DNA of 64,000 nucleotides from an uncultured Bacilli bacterium. Lineage in GTDB: Bacteria > Bacillota_I > Bacilli_A > RF39 > UBA660. The stretch covers positions 12,939-76,938 of the forward strand of contig CAKOTA010000005.1 of NCBI GenBank assembly GCA_934119965.1. Direction: 5' to 3'. Shown here piece after piece: positions 26,199-36,151 of the stretch (its first letter is position 1; every line of letters starts with the position of its first letter). The notes below the pieces were generated by a model, which made no database searches, was not told where the DNA came from, and was given only the letters and a program-made list of their open reading frames with translations. The translations under genes were made by a program, and so were the position numbers.

Positions 26199-26498
26199 TT
26201 AATTTTTCTTAGGCAGTTTATCATAATCATACTTTTCCATAATTGGATTGAGTAAGTCATTTGCTTTTGTTAATTCTTCTACTGCTTGTTCTAGTGTATA
26301 TTCACTTTTACCTTCTTTAAGTAATTTTAAATGTTCTGTAACTTCAAATATTATAAATCCTACTTCTCTTGCTTTTTCTATTTTATTAAAATCAAATTGT
26401 AATAAATCAGTTTCTGATTCTTTATATTGTTCAATTAAGTCTTTTAAATCTTTACTGGATTTATTTGCATATTTATCTTTAGAAAAATAGAAAAGCAT
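26199..26498 (-). CDS. Hypothetical protein
   Basis: The 99-aa ORF is followed by a long hairpin terminator (ATACTATGATAT ... ATATCATAGTAT plus T7) at 26141-26195. GGTATCTA direct repeats lie upstream at 26596-26650. Confidence 0.4.
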   Translation of the reverse strand: MLFYFSKDKYANKSSKDLKDLIEQYKESETDLLQFDFNKIEKAREVGFIIFEVTEHLKLLKEGKSEYTLEQAVEELTKANDLLNPIMEKYDYDKLPKKN

Positions 26499-26677
26499 TT
26501 CTTCATTTTTTACTATTAATTATACTTTAATTCTATCATTTTTCAAAAAAATTGTCCACTTTACAATATTAAAATATAAGTTTATCAAAAAAATACCATA
26601 TTATTGGTATCTAAATATAATATTTAATATCTAGTGTGGTATCTAGATAAATCAAAAATAGTTAAAAATTCCTTATA

Positions 26678-26776
26678 AATAAAAGTATTCCCCTCTTTCG
26701 AGGGGAATTTCAGGGGGTTTTGGTTGCGCACTCTCATCTGTTGAATCGTAAGAGTGCTACGTGATATTATCACGCT
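26678..26776 (-). ncRNA. Candidate ~100-nt small RNA with consensus sigma-A promoter and intrinsic terminator
   Basis: On the minus strand, TTGACT-17-TATAAT sits at 26783-26811. Two internal hairpins follow (CGTGATA/TATCACG and GCACTCT/AGAGTGC), then the terminator UUCCCCUC-GAAA-GAGGGGAA plus a U-run. The unit lies directly downstream of the recG stop. Confidence 0.4.
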
Positions 26777-26822
26777 AGTATAATTATAGAGTATAATCTC
26801 TAAAAAGTCAAGTTGATATTCG

Positions 26823-28796
26823 TTAGTTCAAATCAATAGAATCTTCTAATAACCTAATTAAATTACTGTCTTTATTTTTTTCTAAATATTCCATCGCATC
26901 CTCTTTAGCTTTAAGCAAAATATTATAATCTTTTTTTATATCTGCTATCTTAAATACCATATCTCCACTTTGTCTTAATCCAAACAAATCTCCAGATCCT
27001 CTAAGTAAAAAATCTTCTTCGCTAACTTTAAAACCATCATTAGTTTTAGTTAAAACATTTAATCTTTCAGTTTCTCTATTACTAATTAGAATACAATATG
27101 ATTGTAAATTATTACGGCCCACTCTACCTCTTAATTGATGTAAGGCTGATAATCCAAATCTAAAAGCATCAAAAATAACAATCATTGTAGCATTTTTAAC
27201 ATCTATTCCTACTTCAATAACTGTAGTACTTATTAATATATTAATTTTATTATCTTTAAAATCATTCATTATTTTTTCTTTTTCGGCATTATCCATCTTA
27301 CCATGTAAAACACCTATTTTATATAATTTACCAAACGCTTTATTCATTTTTGTTTCTAATTCATAAACATTTTCTAAATCCGATTTATCACTTTCTTCAA
27401 TTAATGGAGCAATAACATACACTTGATGATTATTTGATAATTCATTATACATATCATTTAATACATCTTTTATTTCTTTTTCCTTTTTTAATTTTGTTAT
27501 TATTTCTTTTTTACCACTTGGTAATGTCCTAATGCTAGATACATCCATATCACCATATAATGTAATAGCATAAGTCCTTGGAATTGGGGTTGCACTCATA
27601 TACAAAATATCAGGAGTAATTCCTTTATTTTTCAAATTACTTCTTTGATTAACACCAAAACGATGTTGCTCATCAGTTATAACTAAACCTAAATTTTTAT
27701 ATTTAACATTATCACTAATTAAAGCATGAGTGCCAATTATAAAATCTATTTCACCATTTTCTAATTTAGAATACAATTCTTTTTTTTCTTTTGCTTTTAA
27801 TTTACCCGTCAATAAACCTACATTTATATTATAATTTCTAAATAACTCTTTTATATTTTCATAATGTTGAATAGCTAAAATTTCAGTGGGTGCCATTAAA
27901 GCAGATTGATAGCCGCTTAAATAATTAATATACATACTTATAATTGCTACTATTGTTTTACCGCTTCCAACATCACCCTGTAATAATCTATTCATTCGAT
28001 ATTTACTATTTAAATCTTTATATATATCCTCTACAGCTTTTAATTGATCAGTAGTTAAATCAAAACTTAAATTATCAATAAATTCAGAAACATCTTTATA
28101 ATCAACATTTCTAGTAAGTCCTATTTTATTTTTATTATTTTTTAAATAATTCATTTTTAACATAAACAAAAATAGTTCTTCATATTTAAATCTTGTTCTT
28201 GCTTTTTTTAATTCTAATAAATTATTAGGATGATGTAATATACTAATAGATTTGTTTTTATCTTCAAATTTATATTTTTCTTTTAAATAGTCAGGTATAT
28301 AATCAATAATACTATAATTTGTTTCTAAAGCTTGATCAATATATAATGATATATTTTTGCCACTTATACCATATGTAGAATGATATATTGGTTCTATTTT
28401 TTCTTTTAAGATTCTTCCAAATCTTATTTCTGATGTGACGATTGTGTTATGTTTTTTATCATACTTACCTATCACGGTAATACTTGTTCCAATTTTTAGG
28501 TTGGATTTTAAAAATCCTCTATTAAATATAATTATGTTAAATAAATTTGAACCACTATTTAATTTAAAACTCATTTTATCCATTTTTCGATTAAAGTGAA
28601 AAACATTAGGTACAGTTTCTACTACGCCATCCATTATTATTTTATCATTATCATTTAATTCTTCTATATTACTTCTTTTAATTACTTCATATCGAAATGG
28701 ATAAAAATTAACTAGGTCTTCAACTTTATTAATACCAAGTTTATTTAATAAATTTATTTTCTTAGGTCCAATTCCTTTGAGTGTACTAAGTTCCAA
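26823..28796 (-). CDS. recG: ATP-dependent DNA helicase RecG
   Basis: The protein has a LKGIGPK wedge/N-terminus, Walker A LQGDVGSGKT, DEQHRFGV, and RGRVGR. The likely start is the TTG at 28796 with RBS AAGGTGGTG. The track ORF extends to 28874 with an implausible hydrophobic N-terminus. Confidence 0.85.
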   Translation of the reverse strand: MELSTLKGIGPKKINLLNKLGINKVEDLVNFYPFRYEVIKRSNIEELNDNDKIIMDGVVETVPNVFHFNRKMDKMSFKLNSGSNLFNIIIFNRGFLKSNLKIGTSITVIGKYDKKHNTIVTSEIRFGRILKEKIEPIYHSTYGISGKNISLYIDQALETNYSIIDYIPDYLKEKYKFEDKNKSISILHHPNNLLELKKARTRFKYEELFLFMLKMNYLKNNKNKIGLTRNVDYKDVSEFIDNLSFDLTTDQLKAVEDIYKDLNSKYRMNRLLQGDVGSGKTIVAIISMYINYLSGYQSALMAPTEILAIQHYENIKELFRNYNINVGLLTGKLKAKEKKELYSKLENGEIDFIIGTHALISDNVKYKNLGLVITDEQHRFGVNQRSNLKNKGITPDILYMSATPIPRTYAITLYGDMDVSSIRTLPSGKKEIITKLKKEKEIKDVLNDMYNELSNNHQVYVIAPLIEESDKSDLENVYELETKMNKAFGKLYKIGVLHGKMDNAEKEKIMNDFKDNKINILISTTVIEVGIDVKNATMIVIFDAFRFGLSALHQLRGRVGRNNLQSYCILISNRETERLNVLTKTNDGFKVSEEDFLLRGSGDLFGLRQSGDMVFKIADIKKDYNILLKAKEDAMEYLEKNKDSNLIRLLEDSIDLN

Positions 28797-28928
28797 TATA
28801 TCACCACCTTGTAAAAAAATTATACAAAACATTTGTTCGTTTGTCAATCTAAAAACTTGGGAAATTAAAAACATAATTTCGTTTTTGTTAAATTTTTACA
28901 ATTTTTTAAAATTTCCCAAAAAAAAGAC

Positions 28929-29060
28929 TTGACTTTGCAAGCTTTTTCGGTTAGTATATAAGGCACCAGTTCGGAAAACGAATTGGTGCTAGTATCACAC
29001 TAGCCAACCCCTTTTTATTCTTTTATGAAACTGTCTCAGGGGGCAGTTTCTATTTTTTTA
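28929..29060 (+). ncRNA. Candidate small RNA (promoter TTGACT-17-TAGTAT, two hairpins, intrinsic terminator)
   Basis: The -35 is at 28929-28934 and the -10 at 28952-28957. The transcript from ~28964 contains GCACCAGUUCG-GAAAA-CGAAUUGGUGC and the terminator GAAACUG-UCUCAGGGGGC-CAGUUUC plus U8 at 29027-29060. There is no downstream ORF on this strand. Confidence 0.35.
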
Positions 29061-29117
29061 TTCTCTTATGAACTGACCCAGTCATATGCCTTATTTACTA
29101 TAACGAGTATATCATAG

Positions 29118-29150
29118 AAAAAAGAATACTAAAATATGTATTCTTTTTAT
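29118..29150. terminator. Bidirectional terminator downstream of rubrerythrin
   Basis: The hairpin AGAATAC-ATATTTTA-GTATTCT is flanked by A5 and T6. Confidence 0.5.
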
Positions 29151-29179
29151 TTTGTCAAATTTGACACAACTTTACAAGA

Positions 29180-29716
29180 TTAATAATTATTAGCTTTTTC
29201 TTCAAAGTAGCTTTGTGGATGATTACATACTGGACATACTTCTGGGGCTTTTTCACCAAAATGAATATGACCACAATTTCTGCAAATCCACATTTTTGGT
29301 TGTTCTTTTATAAATACTTTTCCTGATTCAATATTATCTAATAATTGTCTATATCTTTCTTCGTGTTCTTTTTCTATTTTACCTACTTCTGTAAATAGAT
29401 ATGCTATATCATCAAATCCTTCTTCTTTAGCTGTTTTAGCAAATCCTTCATACATATCTGTCCATTCATAGTTTTCCCCGTTAGCAGCATCTAACAAGTT
29501 AGCTTTTGTATCAGGCATTCCATTATGTAATAGTTTAAACCATATTTTTGCGTGTTCTTTCTCATTGTTTGCTGTTTCTTCAAAAATAGCAGCTATTTGT
29601 TCATAACCATCTTTTTTAGCTTTGCTTGCATAATAAGTATATTTATTACGAGCTTGTGATTCTCCTGCAAATGCAGTCATTAAGTTTTGTTCTGTTTTTG
29701 TTCCTTTTAATTCCAT
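29180..29716 (-). CDS. Rubrerythrin
   Basis: Ferritin-like diiron motifs (E...EKEH x2) are followed by a C-terminal rubredoxin-like CRNCGH...CPVCNHP. Confidence 0.85.
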   Translation of the reverse strand: MELKGTKTEQNLMTAFAGESQARNKYTYYASKAKKDGYEQIAAIFEETANNEKEHAKIWFKLLHNGMPDTKANLLDAANGENYEWTDMYEGFAKTAKEEGFDDIAYLFTEVGKIEKEHEERYRQLLDNIESGKVFIKEQPKMWICRNCGHIHFGEKAPEVCPVCNHPQSYFEEKANNY

Positions 29717-29773
29717 ATTTTACCTCCTAAATATTGTCATTTAATTATATTTTATATATCTTTAATTGTCAAT

Positions 29774-30949
29774 CTATTTCACAATTATTTTTTTATTTTT
29801 TACTTCAATGCTTACTCTTTGTACCATTGCAAGTGATATCATAAGAGCTAGTGTAAATGAACCACCATATGATAGAAATGGTAATGGTACACCCGTTAAT
29901 GGCATCATTGCAAATAAACCACCTAAGTTGACTATTATATGAATTCCAATATAAGATCCTACACCATAACAAATGTATCTTCCTCTTACTGTATTTGCTC
30001 TACCAGCCAATTTAAATATTCGATATAGTAATACAATATATAAAATAAATATTATAGTACATACTATTAATCCATATTCTTCAGCAACAATTGCAAATAC
30101 ACTATCGGTATGTGATTCTGGTAAATATGATACTTGTTTACTGTTTCCAATTCCTAATCCAAGTATACCACCAGAATTTATTGCTATAAATCCATTACAT
30201 ATTTGATAGCCACCTTCTTCATACCTGCTACAAGGATTGGTAAATGTTAGCCTACTTTTTTGGGCTTCACTTAGTAATGTACCTTTGGTTGATAGTAGTC
30301 CTACCATAGCCACTAAAACTACTATTATGGCAAATATTATTGATTGATATTTTTCTTTTTTTCTAATCGGTCCTAACAAATACATTATTCCAAATATAGC
30401 CGTTATAATTATAGCTGTTCCTAAATCCTTTTGTAGTAAAACTATTCCGATATATAGTGTAGCTGGTATCAAGATTATTCCTAACAATGAAAAGATTAAT
30501 TTTGATTCAACATTTTTATTGTTTAATTTTTTATAAAATTTATCAAATAATATTGCTGTGACCATTACAAGGACTGGTTTTGCAAATTCACTAGGTTGAA
30601 TACTCATAGGTCCTACTTTAATCCAGTTTTTTGAACCTTGATGGGTTGTTCCAAACAAATATAAATATACTAATAATCCTAATATTGTTAAATATGATAG
30701 TATGCTTATTTTGGAATATTTTTTAGTTGGTATTCTAAGTATAAATAGTGTTATGAATACTCCTAATATTATTGATATCAATTGTTTATTAAAGTATTCG
30801 TATAATGATTGGTTATATCTTATAACTACAGCTTGACTTGATGCATTTACTATATTTAATAAACCAAACACAAATAAAATAATTGATATTATTAAAATAC
30901 CTTTATCCATATCCCTTATTAGTTTTTTCATACTATCACCTATTATCAT
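29774..30949 (-). CDS. SEDS family peptidoglycan glycosyltransferase (second FtsW/RodA/SpoVE paralog)
   Basis: The 391-aa polytopic protein has the SEDS motifs PSEFAKP, NSGGILGLGIG, TDSVFA and PFLSYGGS. Confidence 0.85.
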   Translation of the reverse strand: MIIGDSMKKLIRDMDKGILIISIILFVFGLLNIVNASSQAVVIRYNQSLYEYFNKQLISIILGVFITLFILRIPTKKYSKISILSYLTILGLLVYLYLFGTTHQGSKNWIKVGPMSIQPSEFAKPVLVMVTAILFDKFYKKLNNKNVESKLIFSLLGIILIPATLYIGIVLLQKDLGTAIIITAIFGIMYLLGPIRKKEKYQSIIFAIIVVLVAMVGLLSTKGTLLSEAQKSRLTFTNPCSRYEEGGYQICNGFIAINSGGILGLGIGNSKQVSYLPESHTDSVFAIVAEEYGLIVCTIIFILYIVLLYRIFKLAGRANTVRGRYICYGVGSYIGIHIIVNLGGLFAMMPLTGVPLPFLSYGGSFTLALMISLAMVQRVSIEVKNKKIIVK

Positions 30950-31076
30950 AATAATACCACAATATCAAAATATCTACAATGAACTTAACTAAATTTAATC
31001 AAAATATAGACTAATTTATTAACTAATTATATTTAATTTAATAAAATATATTGAGAATAGATAGGAGGGGAACTTT

Positions 31077-31241
31077 ATGTATTATTATGGTGGATACCAA
31101 GGATATGGAAATAGTTGTGGTCAATGTGGTGGATATCCTTCTTATGGAGGATATGGAACAGGATACGGAGCAGCTATTATATTAGTTCTATTCATTTTAT
31201 TAGTTATAATTATTGGTGCTAGAAGTTGGGGAAATAATTAA
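31077..31241 (+). CDS. YjcZ-like small sporulation protein (Gly/Tyr-rich + C-terminal TM)
   Basis: This 54-aa ORF is missing from the track. The product is MYYYGGYQGYGNSCGQCGGYPSYGGYGTGYGAAIILVLFILLVIIIGARSWGNN with RBS AGGAGGGG. A terminator AACTCTATC-AATTAA-GATAGAGTT plus T8 follows. Confidence 0.5.
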   Translation: MYYYGGYQGYGNSCGQCGGYPSYGGYGTGYGAAIILVLFILLVIIIGARSWGNN

Positions 31242-31315
31242 TGTATTTAACTCTATCAATTAAGATAGAGTTTTTTTTAATTTTATGTTATAATATATGC
31301 GAATGAGGTGATTGT

Positions 31316-31864
31316 ATGTTTAAGAAGTTAGATATTTTAGATGATACTCATAAGGTATTAAGACAAGTGAGTAAGGAAGTATCTTTCCCACTTTCTAGCG
31401 AAGATAAACAAACTATTGATGATATTATTAAACATCTTACCTATAGCCAAATTGAAAAATATGAAAAACAATACGATTTAAGACCTGGCATGGGGCTTGC
31501 TTTTGTTCAATTAGGTATTTTAAAAAGAATTATTGTTATTGTTGATGAATATGAAAAAGGTAAATTTGATAACTATGTTGTTATTAATCCTAAAATAGTC
31601 AGTAATTCTGTTGAAATGGTTGCTGCTGATGCTGGTGAAGGTTGTTTAAGTGTTAATAGAGAAATTGAAGGTCATGTACCAAGATATGCAAGAGTTACAG
31701 TTGAAGGTTATGATATTGATGGTAATAAAATAAGTATTAGAGCCAGAGAAGAATTATCAATTGCTTTCCAACATGAGATTGATCACTTAAATGGTATTTT
31801 ATTCTATGATAGAATTGATAAGAATAAACCATTTTATACAGAGGATGAAATTAGATTATTATAG
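31316..31864 (+). CDS. def: Peptide deformylase
   Basis: The conserved motifs GMGLAFVQLG, EGCLSV and HEIDHLNG are all present. Confidence 0.9.
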   Translation: MFKKLDILDDTHKVLRQVSKEVSFPLSSEDKQTIDDIIKHLTYSQIEKYEKQYDLRPGMGLAFVQLGILKRIIVIVDEYEKGKFDNYVVINPKIVSNSVEMVAADAGEGCLSVNREIEGHVPRYARVTVEGYDIDGNKISIRAREELSIAFQHEIDHLNGILFYDRIDKNKPFYTEDEIRLL

Positions 31865-31872
31865 GAGGATAC

Positions 31873-31956
31873 ATGAAGAAATATATAATTAAATTAGTTT
31901 TACTAATATTACTAGCTTGTATTTGTTCAATTCTTATTTATTATAGTTTTAATTAA
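31873..31956 (+). CDS. 27-aa hydrophobic peptide with lipobox-like LLAC, co-transcribed after def
   Basis: The product is MKKYIIKLVLLILLACICSILIYYSFN. RBS AGGAGG lies 6 nt upstream and a bidirectional terminator (AGTAGAG-TTTAAG-CTCTACT) follows. Confidence 0.25.
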   Translation: MKKYIIKLVLLILLACICSILIYYSFN

Positions 31957-31981
31957 AAAAAGTAGAGTTTAAGCTCTACTT

Positions 31982-32419
31982 TTATTCTGCATCTAATTCT
32001 TCTTCATCTAAGATTGCTAAATCATCGATGTCATCATCATCGTCATCAATTATTTCTGCATCATCATCATATAATTCTTCTGATTCTTCATTTTCGATTG
32101 GTTCTTCTTCTGTTTCTTCATCTAATTCTTCAATATCATCGTCATCTTCTTCATCTAGTTCTATTTTTATTGAATGATTGTCTCTTATATCCCATTCATT
32201 GTTTTCTAATAAAACAAATCTTTTATCTAATGTTAAAGATGTATAATAGTCTCCTATTTTATCAGCATATTCACTATCAGTGTATTCTAATAAATTACAG
32301 ATTTCTCTAAATAAATTAGCTGTATTCATTGTTTTTTTTGTTTCTTTTAATAATTTATATGTCAAATCAGTATAAGATAGTAATTCTAATTCTTCTTTAC
32401 TCATTTCACTTAAATTCAT
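31982..32419 (-). CDS. rpoE: DNA-directed RNA polymerase subunit delta
   Basis: An N-terminal HARE-HTH-like region (EELELLSYTDLTYKLL...) and a highly acidic D/E-rich C-terminal tail identify the delta subunit. Confidence 0.8.
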   Translation of the reverse strand: MNLSEMSKEELELLSYTDLTYKLLKETKKTMNTANLFREICNLLEYTDSEYADKIGDYYTSLTLDKRFVLLENNEWDIRDNHSIKIELDEEDDDDIEELDEETEEEPIENEESEELYDDDAEIIDDDDDDIDDLAILDEEELDAE

Positions 32420-32444
32420 AATATTTCCTCCTAAATATATTTTT

Positions 32445-34142
32445 TTACATAATTGTAGGTATATCTATTGCAATTAAAGATAACATTTCTTTTAATATAT
32501 TATTAGTTAAACTAATTATATATAACCAATCGTTTTTATTTTCTTCATTATCACAATTTGCAATATGATTGTTTTGATAGAAGTTGTTAGCAGATACTGC
32601 TAGATTATAAATATAGTCGGCTATATAACTTGGCATTCTTTCATTAAATGCTTTATTTATAGCTTCATCAAATTCTAATATTTTTAATCTTAATTTTCTA
32701 TCTACAACATTATATATATTATTTGATAAATTGTAAATAGTTTTTTCATTATTTATTATTTTATTAAATCTTAAATATGTATATAGGATATATGGTCCTG
32801 TTTTACCAACTACTTGAGAAAATTTTAAGACATCAAATATATAGTCTTTGTCTCTCCCATTTTGTAGATCAGCAAATTTAATTATGGCATTTACTATTTT
32901 GTCTATATCAGAATCTTTCATCTCTTTATTTGTTTCTTTTAAACTCAAGAAAGTTTCTTTTACTAAGTTAAATAGTTCCCCTAATTTAGGAGCATTACCA
33001 GCTCTTGTTTTAAATGGTTTACCATCAGTACCATTTATTGTACCATTATAAGCATGTTCTAAAGAGTTGTATGGAATAATATCTGCTAAATCACTTACTC
33101 TAAATACTTGTTCAAAATGTAAGTTTTGTCTAAAGTCTGTTACATATATTATATGGTCTGGATTAAATTTTTGTTTTCTTTCTAAGATGGTTGCTAAATC
33201 AGTTGAATCATAAACATAGGCACCATTACTTTTTTTAAACATCATAGGTGGCATAGGTTTATTATCAGTTTCTTTTTTTACATTAACTACTAATGCTCCT
33301 TCACTTAATTCCAATAAATTTTTCTCTTTTAATATTTTTTCGGTGTCAGGTAAATATTTATAGGCATCACTTTCGCCTTCCCATAAATCAAAACTTACTC
33401 CTAAATAATTACAAATTGACTTAGCGTCTTCTATTGATACTTCAAGTATTTTATCCCATATTATTTTGTATTCTTTATTACCTTCTTGTAATTCTTTAGT
33501 TATGGTAGCACATTTTTCTTTTATTTCTTCATTTTCTTTACATAGTCCACTTATTTCTGGATATATTTTATTTAAGTAATCTATTGTTATTTCTTCAGTT
33601 TTTATGTTGTCTCTTTTTATTCCATAAATTACTTGACCCATTTGTAATCCATAATCTCCTAAATGAACATCTGCTATTACATTATGTCCTTTATATTTTA
33701 TGATTCTTTTAATAGATTCTCCTATTATTGTAGGTCTTAAATGTCCTATATGTAATGGTTTAGCAATGTTATATCCACCATAATCTATTACGAATGTTTC
33801 TTGTTTGTCTGGTTCATTCAATCCAAATTTAGGACTGTTATTCATTTTTGTTAGTATTTCATTTATAAATTTATTACTTAGTGTTATATTAATGAATCCT
33901 GGTTTACAAAATTCTACTTTATCAAAATATTTACTAAAGTTTTCAATTTTGTTTATTTTTTCTACTATTTTTTCACCTATTTCAATTGGATTTGTATGAT
34001 TTTCTTTAGCTATTTTAAAGATATCATCGCATTGATAATCGCATAAGTCTGGTTTATTTGATTTTTTTATTGTTATTTGGTTATTATAACCTAACTCTTT
34101 AAATTGCTCTCCTATAATACTTTCTAATATATTTGTAACCAT
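32445..34142 (-). CDS. argS: Arginine--tRNA ligase
   Basis: The class I HIGH motif PLHIGHLRPTIIG, a length of 565 aa and a C-terminal ...IPTIM are consistent with ArgS. Confidence 0.9.
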   Translation of the reverse strand: MVTNILESIIGEQFKELGYNNQITIKKSNKPDLCDYQCDDIFKIAKENHTNPIEIGEKIVEKINKIENFSKYFDKVEFCKPGFINITLSNKFINEILTKMNNSPKFGLNEPDKQETFVIDYGGYNIAKPLHIGHLRPTIIGESIKRIIKYKGHNVIADVHLGDYGLQMGQVIYGIKRDNIKTEEITIDYLNKIYPEISGLCKENEEIKEKCATITKELQEGNKEYKIIWDKILEVSIEDAKSICNYLGVSFDLWEGESDAYKYLPDTEKILKEKNLLELSEGALVVNVKKETDNKPMPPMMFKKSNGAYVYDSTDLATILERKQKFNPDHIIYVTDFRQNLHFEQVFRVSDLADIIPYNSLEHAYNGTINGTDGKPFKTRAGNAPKLGELFNLVKETFLSLKETNKEMKDSDIDKIVNAIIKFADLQNGRDKDYIFDVLKFSQVVGKTGPYILYTYLRFNKIINNEKTIYNLSNNIYNVVDRKLRLKILEFDEAINKAFNERMPSYIADYIYNLAVSANNFYQNNHIANCDNEENKNDWLYIISLTNNILKEMLSLIAIDIPTIM

Positions 34143-34489
34143 TAAATCACCTCGTATTCTACTTCATATATATATTTTTCATTATTTAATAGATATTCTA
34201 TATTTATTCTACTATTTTCTAATGTTTTTGTTATTATTTTTAATTCTAATTCAATTCTTCCTTCTTTTATATCAATATATCCTTTTTCTTCTAATATATG
34301 TAAGTTAATTTCATAATCGTCATTTTTTCTTGTTATTATTAAATTTTCTTTATCTATTGTTGTTGTTATTCCATTATCACTATATATTATTTTATTGTTA
34401 TTAAGTATTCCTAAACAATTATTATTTAGATTTTGGCTAGAATTTTTTAAATTATATTTTATTTTAATTTTACTCATAATATCACTCAT
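34142..34489 (-). CDS. DUF1934 (YwiB-like) protein
   Basis: The 115-aa gene lies immediately upstream of argS, overlapping by 1 nt. This is the conserved position of ywiB-like genes. Confidence 0.45.
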   Translation of the reverse strand: MSDIMSKIKIKYNLKNSSQNLNNNCLGILNNNKIIYSDNGITTTIDKENLIITRKNDDYEINLHILEEKGYIDIKEGRIELELKIITKTLENSRINIEYLLNNEKYIYEVEYEVI

Positions 34490-34572
34490 TACGCTTGTAA
34501 TTATACCATATATTTTATATTGTTCAATATTTTTTCATAAATTTATGTAAAAAAAAGAGATTAATTAATCTC

Positions 34573-34839
34573 TTAGTTTAATGCATCTTTTAATTTAGAT
34601 CCTGCTTTAATTGTAACAGCAGTTCTTGCAGCAACTGGAACAGTAGCACCAGTTTTTGGATTACGAGCAGTTGTAGCTTCTTTATGTTTAGCTGTAAAAG
34701 TAACGAATCCAGTTAAAGTAACTTTACCATTTTCTTTTAATAATTTTGCTACTCCATTTGTCATAGCATCCATAGCTCTTTTAGCGTCTGCTTTTGTTAA
34801 TCCTGTTTCTTCAGCAATATAATTTACTAATTCTTGCAT
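34573..34839 (-). CDS. hup: DNA-binding protein HU
   Basis: The product reads MQELVNYIAEETGLTKADAKRAMDAM...GFVTFTAKHKEATTARNPKTGATV. The true start is the ATG at 34839 with RBS AGGAGG. The track ORF is 5'-extended. Confidence 0.9.
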   Translation of the reverse strand: MQELVNYIAEETGLTKADAKRAMDAMTNGVAKLLKENGKVTLTGFVTFTAKHKEATTARNPKTGATVPVAARTAVTIKAGSKLKDALN

Positions 34840-34993
34840 AAATAACCTCCTATAATTATTGTTTAAGCACATATCTTGCTTACACTCTAAGAATACCATT
34901 TTTAAGTATTAAAATCAATACTTTTTAATAAAAAACTACTATTTTTATTAAAATATATGTTGATATTTTTCATATAATTAAACAGGTGATTAT

Positions 34994-36151
34994 ATGAAAA
35001 AAATATTTATTATATTTGTTTTACTTTTAATTACAGGCTGCTCTAACAAACTGGAATATATAGATACTATTGTAATTGAAAATGATGATCTTTTAGTTAA
35101 TATTAATTATCCAGTAACAGGAACAGAATTAGATTTAAATATCAAAAAAGATGTAAAGAATATATATAATAAATATAAATATCTGAATGGTGAGTTAAAT
35201 ATTGATTATTTATACTACAAGGTTGATAATTTTATTTCAGTTGCTCTATTTATATATGTTAATGGTGATAATATAAATAAAAATTATGTAAAAACTTATT
35301 TCTATAATAACAAAATAAATAACATTGAAAGTTTTGTTGATATAAATAAATTAAATAGGATATTAATAAATAAAATCAAAAATACTAGTTTAAATATAGA
35401 TATAGCAAATAACTATGAATTTAGTTTTGATGATACAAATTTATATGTATATTTTAATTATGATAATAATTATGAAACTATTGATATTCCATTGGCTAAT
35501 TTAAATATATTTTTTGAAAAAGAGAAAAAGGTTATTAATGAAATAATCTTACCTAACAATGACATTAATTATAGTGAAAAAGTAATTGCTCTTACTTTTG
35601 ATGATGGTCCAAGTAAGTATACTGATGATCTAATAGAGTATTTACATCAAAATGATTGTAAAGCAACGTTTTTCATTCTAGGTAATAAAGTAAGTAATTA
35701 TCAAGATACTCTAAATAAAAGTATTAGTTATGGCAATGAAATTGGAAATCATTCATATAATCACAAATGGTTAATCAAACTTAAAAAGGAAGAAATGATT
35801 AATCAAATAGAAAAAACTCAAAACCTTATTTACGAGTATACAGGTTATATTCCTACATTGATTAGACCTACTTATGGATCTGTTAATTCAACTTTAAAAA
35901 ATAGTACTAATTTAAAAATTGTATTATGGAATGTTGATACTTTAGATTGGAAATATAAAAGTGTTGACAAGATTGTAGCCAGGGCCACTAAAAATTTAAA
36001 ATCTGGTAATATCATTTTAATGCATGATATTTATAAAAGAACTTATGATGCTGTTAAGAAAATTGTTCCTATTTTAAAGGAAAATGGTTATAAATGTGTT
36101 ACCATAAGTGAATTGAAAGAAATTAATGATATGAGAAATTTATATGAATAA
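34994..36151 (+). CDS. Lipoprotein with C-terminal NodB-type polysaccharide deacetylase domain
   Basis: The lipobox signal is MKKIFIIFVLLLITGCS. NodB motifs are present: ALTFDDGPS, IGNHSYNH, LIRPTYGS and LMHD. Confidence 0.75.
   Translation: MKKIFIIFVLLLITGCSNKLEYIDTIVIENDDLLVNINYPVTGTELDLNIKKDVKNIYNKYKYLNGELNIDYLYYKVDNFISVALFIYVNGDNINKNYVKTYFYNNKINNIESFVDINKLNRILINKIKNTSLNIDIANNYEFSFDDTNLYVYFNYDNNYETIDIPLANLNIFFEKEKKVINEIILPNNDINYSEKVIALTFDDGPSKYTDDLIEYLHQNDCKATFFILGNKVSNYQDTLNKSISYGNEIGNHSYNHKWLIKLKKEEMINQIEKTQNLIYEYTGYIPTLIRPTYGSVNSTLKNSTNLKIVLWNVDTLDWKYKSVDKIVARATKNLKSGNIILMHDIYKRTYDAVKKIVPILKENGYKCVTISELKEINDMRNLYE

Noticed and set aside
26596-26650. GGTATCTA(A/G)ATA direct repeats (three copies) upstream of the 99-aa gene, with a similar GGTATCT pair at 17355-17378.
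   Set aside because: The copies are short and AT-rich, with too few of them and no spacing regularity to call iterons or an operator. I noted them only as a possible binding-site cluster.
26823-28874. Long 5' extensions of track ORFs (recG to 28874, HU to 34899, SASP to 36814, yutD to 57663, HerA-like to 7003, membrane protein to 16549).
   Set aside because: The upstream in-frame segments are hydrophobic or low-complexity and lack an RBS. Internal starts with canonical SD sequences match the known N-termini of these families.
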